Shown here in pieces: positions 50,401-57,067 of a DNA stretch of 57,067 nt; the first letter of the stretch is position 1; every line of letters begins with the position of its first letter. Origin of the DNA: Callorhinchus milii (lineage: Eukaryota); contig NW_024705278.1 of assembly GCF_018977255.1 (NCBI RefSeq), forward strand, positions 1 through 57,067, written 5' to 3'. The position numbers and the translations under genes were made by a program. The notes below the pieces were generated by a model. The model searched no databases and was not told the DNA's origin. It saw only the letters and a list, made by a program, of their open reading frames with translations.

Positions 50401-52445
50401 CCTGGTGTGCCGGGGGCTCACGGGATTCTGGAGTAGAGGTTCCGTTACGTGGCCAGCGAACGGGGTGACCTGGCTAGCATGGAGCAGGGATTCTCTTTGC
50501 GGGTCCTCCAGCGGGAAGGGCCGCGGACTTGTTCCGCTCTGGGTTAGGGCGTTATTGAATGTGTAAGGGAACATTGCCCCGTGGGGGGGTTGATGGTGTC
50601 TGGCCTTGCCGAGGGATGAATCTTCCCTTGGCTATAAAGCGTCAGACTATAAGATGCTGGTGTGTGTCCATCGCTGATGGGATAGTAAGGGAGGAGCATG
50701 GCCGAGTTGCTGCTCATCCCCGAAATTGCACTAGCCGAGAGTATGGTCAGTGGATGTTGCTGTGGTTGGACGACCACGGTGAGGGTAGGGCGAGTTAAAC
50801 GTTACCGCTGGGGAGCGTGGCTCTCTCCACGCGAGGGTGTGCGGCTGGGGCTTTGTTGAGAGTGACAGTGGGTACATGCTGTGTACGTGAGATGTCTGTG
50901 CTGGTCCTCAAGGGAGGACTGCTGGTGGGCAAGAGCAGGAATTTTTGTTGTTGTCACGTGTAAATAATATTGTTGTTAAAATGTAAATACTGGGGCATCC
51001 ATCGCGTCTATTTTGGGTATTTATTGGGGTTTTCTTAAGCGGGCCGGATTTACATCATCTCCACTACCCTGGGGCCGGGTGGCTGTCGTGTACGACATGC
51101 GGATGTGCGTTGTTGTGCTGTGCCTCAGGGGGTTGGATTCTCCTTCTCGTCACAGATCTTCGGCGCCTGCCACACTGGGTGTTACCTGGTGTGCTAACCG
51201 GATGTGGACTTGAAGGAGGAATTGAGCGCCCGTTCGTCCACTCTGCTCTACCAGTTGCTTTTGACGTTGGACTTGAGCCGAGCGGATGGAACAGCAACAT
51301 GGACACGCTCTAAGACACCACATTCCTGGGTTATGCGCGTCGGCCGTTCTTGCGTGTCGGTTGCCGTTGTTGTGCATTGTTCCATTCTTATTCTTGTTGT
51401 TGTTGCGCGGAGGACGGGCCGGTGTTCTGTTCCGGATCCTGATCCCTCCCCTTCGTTACTTGTGTTGTTGTTATAATCTCCGTTGTGTCTGGGGTGATTC
51501 CTGATTGTGATGCCTTCGCTCGCATTATTTTGTCCTGTTTAGCCGAGGACGGCTGGATTTTCTTTAGGGGGGGGGGGGGTGTGTAATGCGAGCGTAAATG
51601 GGCAGGCCGGATGTGACGATCCGAGAGGGAGGAGTCAGGGTCACGTGGGAAGAGGGAGGAGTCAGGGTCACGTGGGGAGAGGTTATAGGAAGGAGACCGG
51701 AAGACATCTGGGGAGTTGAGGGAGTGAAGAGGGAGACCACGTTGGGTGGCCGCCGTGCCCTCAGCCTGGAGGCTGATAGGGGCTCACCAGACGCCGCCAG
51801 CAGCGGGTGCGGAGAGGCGGAGTGTGCGGGGCGCACAGGGCGTGCGAGGTTGCACGGGGCTAGCAGAGTGGGCTAGCCAGGCACCGGGCGGGTTGCCACG
51901 GGGCTAGCAGAGGGTCGAGGTTGCATGGCAGCAGGAGTAGGGCTGCAGCGGTAGCTGCAGGGCGCGCGAGGGAGGAGACGGAGCTGGGGCCGAGGGAGGA
52001 AGACCACGCGGGGGTGCGGGAGGAGAAGAATACAAATAAAGGACCAACGGAGATGACATCGTGTGAGGAGTCCTTTATTACAGAAAACATGAATTGCTCA
52101 TACGAATATTCTCTCTCTCAGAATCGACCGACTGATGTAGCAGACGAAATAGTAATCTTGTTGAACGATTCTAAACCTTGTCGCGGCAATGTTAGTTTTC
52201 TCTGTTCAAGGTTTTATCAGTGTTTTGCAATGTTTTTACATTTAGTTTACTATTACACTGAATTCTATGGCATAATTAACTATTGTTGTGCTTAAAAATC
52301 TATTTGATATACAGTTCATAGGAGTTTGGAATGGATTAATCGTATTTACATACAATCCAATGGGGAAATTAAGATCGAGTCACGACCAAATCGGTTGTGA
52401 CCAAAGTTATGGAACGAATTATTGTCATGATCAGAGGTTCTACTG
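47420..52445. mobile_element. Tigger/pogo-like MITE with the complete LTR element inserted in it
   Basis: Left TIR at 47420, right TIR ending at 52445, TA flanks. Confidence 0.8.
47858..52082 (+). mobile_element. Complete non-autonomous LTR retroelement (4225 bp): 5' LTR 47858-48363, PBS 48365-48379, PPT ~51566-51579, 3' LTR 51582-52082
   Basis: Direct LTRs with TG..CA ends; TSD GAAA at 47854-47857 and 52083-52086; empty sites at 14617 and 23431; no gag/pol ORF in the track. Confidence 0.88.
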
Positions 52446-53779
52446 TACTTGAACTAAGTTACCCGGACTATGGAAGGCGAGGACATGTAATGAAGGGGTC
52501 TACAAACATTCTATTGGTGACATGCTGAGATAGTAACAGGCACGCCCTTACTGCCCGCGTTCCATCCAGTGTCTGAGGGGTTGCGCAATCAGAGGGGAGG
52601 CTGAGCGCGTCGCTGCCTCACCTCTCGTCTCTCCCTGTACTTGCAGCGAAGCTCCGCAAATTTGGCGATTTTGACTACAAATAAGTAATTAAGAAAAAAC
52701 TTTTTTTAATACACGCTTTTATGAATGAAATGTACTAGTAATGGCAGAACTCCACGACTCCAGGAAGTGGCCCCGAAGCTTGCCATAACGTAAGGGACAG
52801 TGGCCAATTACATCCAACGTCAGTCGACCGTGGGGACAATTAGACCCAAGCCGTAACATAACATATGAAAAAGAATGTTTACAAATATATACACATTTAT
52901 AAAAAAAGTATTTAATTAAGTAGAACCAACGTGACTTTCCCGAAAAAAACAAAGAGTATGAATCCTTGCAGTCACGAAAGCTTCAAATCTAGAATTAAGC
53001 AGAACGTTTTGTCTATACTCTATATGTATTTAAAGTTGTGCATTTTGATGTGATGTGACATTTCTCAAACCCCGCCCCCCTGGTCTCCTTTCTAATAAAT
53101 CTTTTCTCCTACAACATCAGAGTGCAGCGCCACATTAAATACGCACTACAATGACAATAGTTTAAAGCGATTTGAAGCGTGTTTTATATATTTGGGGGGG
53201 GGGGCAGAGCTTTGTGACGTCATATTTGAGGGGGTCTGACTTTGTGACGCTTTGTGACGAGGGGGGGAGGGGGGTCAAAAATCGGCCAAAATAACGTGAC
53301 GTCATTTATGGACGGCCCCAATACGCAAAACTGGAACTCTGACCCCCGTTCTCTGACGTCACCACTAAGCATTACCTCATCGGTGTGAAACGCCAGGGGG
53401 GGCGGTGCGCCTCGCTAGTGACGTCATGTCACCCCTGCTTGGTCACCGCCAATATCTGTTCCGGTATAGTCCTTATTTGGGCAAAGCTATGCCCAGTGAC
53501 TGGCGGCTCATTAACATAATCTAGGATCTAAGCTTTGGTGACTGCAGGAATTGCTCATTGGTTATTTCGGTAAAGAAATAAAATAAAATTAACATAATAT
53601 ATTCGTTAAAGCCGTCGCGAGTTTGTTTTTTATTGCGACGGGTTCAGCACCCACGCCCCATCATCCCTCGACGCGTGACTTTACCGAAAGAGCCAATGAG
53701 TGTACAACGAGTCATTCCTGCAGTTGACGAAAGCTTCAATTCTCGAATAAGTTATTCAGTTACCCAGCCCCGCTCGTTG

Positions 53780-53880
53780 GGGGCGTGTCTTGTACCCCGG
53801 AAGTGAATATTACGTCACATCCTGCTGCCGCCATAACGTAGCGAGGTAACGAGAAGCTGCCGTTGAAATCCGAGGTGAGA
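53780..53880 (+). promoter_or_regulatory. Putative core promoter of ZNF copy 4
   Basis: Same motif set as 8306-8406. Confidence 0.5.
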
Positions 53881-54284
53881 GATTTTCATCGTGGTTGTTG
53901 TGTAGTTGTTTATCAAGGTAGAGCCTCTCTCTCGTAGGGATGTCAATTGAGTCGCAGCGAGTATGGGAATCCATGTCCAGGTTGGGACATTACAACGTGG
54001 GGCTTAGCCACGCGGGGCCTCGCCTCCTGCCCTCGCCTGAAGGCCTTTGTTTGAATTCTCTCGCTTCAACTTGATCTGGAAGCTTTCGTGATGGCAGCAG
54101 AAATAAAATAAATGAAGAAACAACCAATTTAATTTAGTTTTATCATTTATTTTAGTTGTTTTTTCATAATATTTTTATAATACAAATTCTTTTTTCATAA
54201 AAAATGAAAAAACAACTAAATGTATTTTTTTTAGAGATACACACATAGGCACACAGAGAGATAAAACAGACAGAGGCACACGTA

Positions 54285-54487
54285 AATTTCGATTTAAAGC
54301 TTTCGTGACTGCAGGGATTCATCTTCTTGGTTCTTTCGGTAAAGTCACGTCGAAGGGAAGTAATAAAAATAACCTGAGGACGGCTGCTTGCGTTGTGGCC
54401 GAAACGTCGTGAGAATTATTTTATTATGTTTTGTTTTTATTATTTTATTACTTCCCTTCTACGTGACTTTACCGAAAGAACCAAGAA
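54285..54487. mobile_element. Penelope-like insertion shared with unit 3
   Basis: Same sequence, deletion and TSD (54273-54284 and 54488-54499) as 25753-25955. Confidence 0.7.
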
Positions 54488-57067
54488 GAGGCACACATAG
54501 GCACACTGAGAGAGACACATAGGCACACAGAGAGAGAGAGAGACAGAGAGAGATAACACAGAGACAGAGAGATACACACATAGGCACACAGACAGAGACA
54601 CACACACAGGCGCACACATAATCAACACCTCTGTGACAAGGCCTTAAATAGAGAGAGAAGGGGGCTGAGAGAGGGGGGGGTAGAGAAATGAGCATGGCAA
54701 TGAGAAATTTGGAGCTTTCGTGACTGCAGGAAATACTACAACACGAGGACACTTTCGGTTTTTATTTTATGTAACCAGGCCAAGCCCACTTGAGCTGCTG
54801 TACCGCTCTTATGATTTGAAGCTTTCGTGAGTGCAGGAATCCATACTCTTTGTTTTTTCGGTAAAGTCATGTAGGAAGAAAAAATAAGTAATAGCATACG
54901 ACGTTTCCTTTGCAACACGAGCAATCACCATCAGGTACAAATGAATGAGAAAGCAAAGCTTGTAAACTTGAACTATACTCTTTGGTTCTTTCGGTAAAGT
55001 TACGTAGGTATAAAATTAAATAAACTTAGAACTACAATGCAATACAACACAGAGAGTCGGCTAAGATAACAGTCAACTCCCCACCTGGTTTATTAACGTT
55101 CTTCCAAAGATTGATACATTTGAGAGAGAGAACTAAACACAGACACGGAGACCAGACACATACACACAAGCAGAGAGAGATAACACAGACACACAGAGAG
55201 AGACACATAAGCAGAGAGATGACACAGAGAGAGAGACACCAATAAGCAGAGAGATAACACAGAGACATAGGCACACAGAGCGAGACACACATAGGCACAC
55301 AGAGAGAGATACAAGGACACAGAGACACACAGAGACACACACATAGACACAGAGAGACAACACATAGGCACACACAGAAACAACACCTGTGTTGAGGCCT
55401 TAAATAGAGAGAGAAGGGGGTGAGAGAGGGGGGTGGTAGAGAAATGAGCATGGCAATGAGAGATTTGGAGCTTTCGTGACTGCAGGAAATACTACAACAC
55501 GAGGACACTTTCGGTTTTTATTTTATGTAACCAGGCCAAGCCCGCTTGAGCTGCTCTATGATTTGAAGCTTTCGTGAGTGCAGGAATCCATACTCTTTGG
55601 TTCTTTCGGTAGAGTCACGTAGGTAGAAAATAAAATAAATCACGACGTTTTGGGCGCAACACAAGCGTCCGCTCTTGTTTTCAGAAGCGACCTGCCCACA
55701 CAACAAAGGTGGGCTTTGTCAACGTGTGGAAATGACTATCGGTCAAAGGCTCTAAACGCGTGCTGATATTCACTCTTAAATGTGGAGGGCGATCTGGAGG
55801 AAAATCCACGCCACCACAGAGAGAGAGGGAGACACGCAAACTCAGCCATGTTGATTTGATCCTGAATTATTTGGTGGAGTGAGGAAGCATTGAAAACGTT
55901 TTGGTTTAGCCATGTTTGTTTTTTGTAGTACACAGTTAGCCTGATAACTTTAATCTAAATTGCCTATGGTTGTTTTTGTTGACTTGCATCCCACTGGGAT
56001 TTTCTGCATACAGCGTTGAAATGCGGTGTTTTTTCTGCTGTTTTTTCCTGGATTTTTTGTTGCGTGTAGTCACTTTAAGATGTTTCTTGTTCACGTTTTT
56101 GTTTGTTGCGTTTGCCCCCGAGTCAAGAGCCACATGGCTCACGGGGTTATCTATATATAAAAGGGAAATTTGTGAATGTGTATCTGTTCGAAATGTTTAG
56201 CATACTTTCCGACATGCAACAAACTTAAATTTGGCATGTGGGTACCTTCCAGACTGTACACAATGCAAAAAGTATAAAAATGACTTTTGCATTTTTCTGG
56301 GGGGGGGCGCAATAATGGATATATTTTGCACGGCAAGTGAGCGGTGACCTCACGTCTGTGATGTCACCCGCATGCGGCAGCGTCACGCAGTGTGCATGCT
56401 GACGTCACGCACCCCCCACCCTCCGCGTAGGCCGTGGATTCATTCAAGACAAGAATCCAAGTCTCGGGCGAAGCCAGGTAGTAAAGCTAGTACCAAATAA
56501 ATGAAACTGAAACATTAATACTGAGCAGATGAAGGTGTGTGGCCAGGCATGGTTCTGGACACGCCACCACCTGTTTAACGCGGCAGTGTGTGGCAGTGTC
56601 AAGTTTGTGTTTGCAGTAAAGTCTATTAACTCTATTGAACACGGAGGTTATATGAAAACAATGGTTTATGTTTTTTGTTTTCATCTGGAACTCTTTATGA
56701 GAATGGAAGCAGTCAGGAAGTTGACACAGCACACATGCAGCTGACGTTAGATCTGTTCATCCCAGCATTCAAGGAAATCTGAGCCTGGCTTCACACCTCT
56801 AAGTTGCGATTGAACATGAATTTATGCATAACACAAGTAGTATTATTTTCAACACCCTTTGCTATGTCAGCTGAATTTAGCTCTTAAATATTCATTTTGT
56901 AGCCAGACAGCCAAAATTGTGTGCTTGGAGTTTTGGGTTAACATTCATTTTGAAGATACGAGGGCTTCCAGGAATGTGTATGACCATTTGCCCTCTCATA
57001 GTGCGCCATAACAGCCCGTGTGATGAATTTGGGAAACTTTTTTATCATGAATATATAAAATATATGA

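Larger units (their letters stand above)
52083..57067 (+). repeat. ZNF tandem duplication unit 4 (promoter and intron part; the coding exon would lie beyond the window)
   Basis: Colinear with units 1 and 3 up to the window end. Confidence 0.88.

Overview
Eukaryotic DNA, very probably vertebrate (fish- or lamprey-like; this is inference). It holds a tandem cluster of C2H2 zinc-finger genes with no visible KRAB domain, built from ~8-10 kb repeat units: unit 1 6467-14616, unit 2 14617-23430, unit 3 23431-33690 and a partial unit 4 52083-57067. Each complete unit has a CRE/ETS/GC-box promoter-like region, compound CA/GA repeats, one large ZNF coding exon (12057-13568 intact; 20903-22433 and 31071-32733 each with two 1-bp frameshifts) and a downstream 51-bp minisatellite. 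The ZNF proteins end in an acidic tail with 5-7 SUMO-consensus (psi-K-x-E) motifs whose number differs between paralogs. Mobile elements are dense: a Tigger/pogo-like MITE, a non-coding LTR element with a tRNA-Leu-like PBS nested in it, a 2.9-kb TG..CA element nested in that, a solo LTR, a DD34E Tc1 element, and a Penelope-like short repeat carrying a minimal hammerhead ribozyme motif, one copy of which forms a perfect 114-bp-arm palindrome. After a 30-N gap (35452-35481), 11.7 kb (35482-47225) looks like featureless random sequence and is probably artificial or shuffled; I call no genes there.
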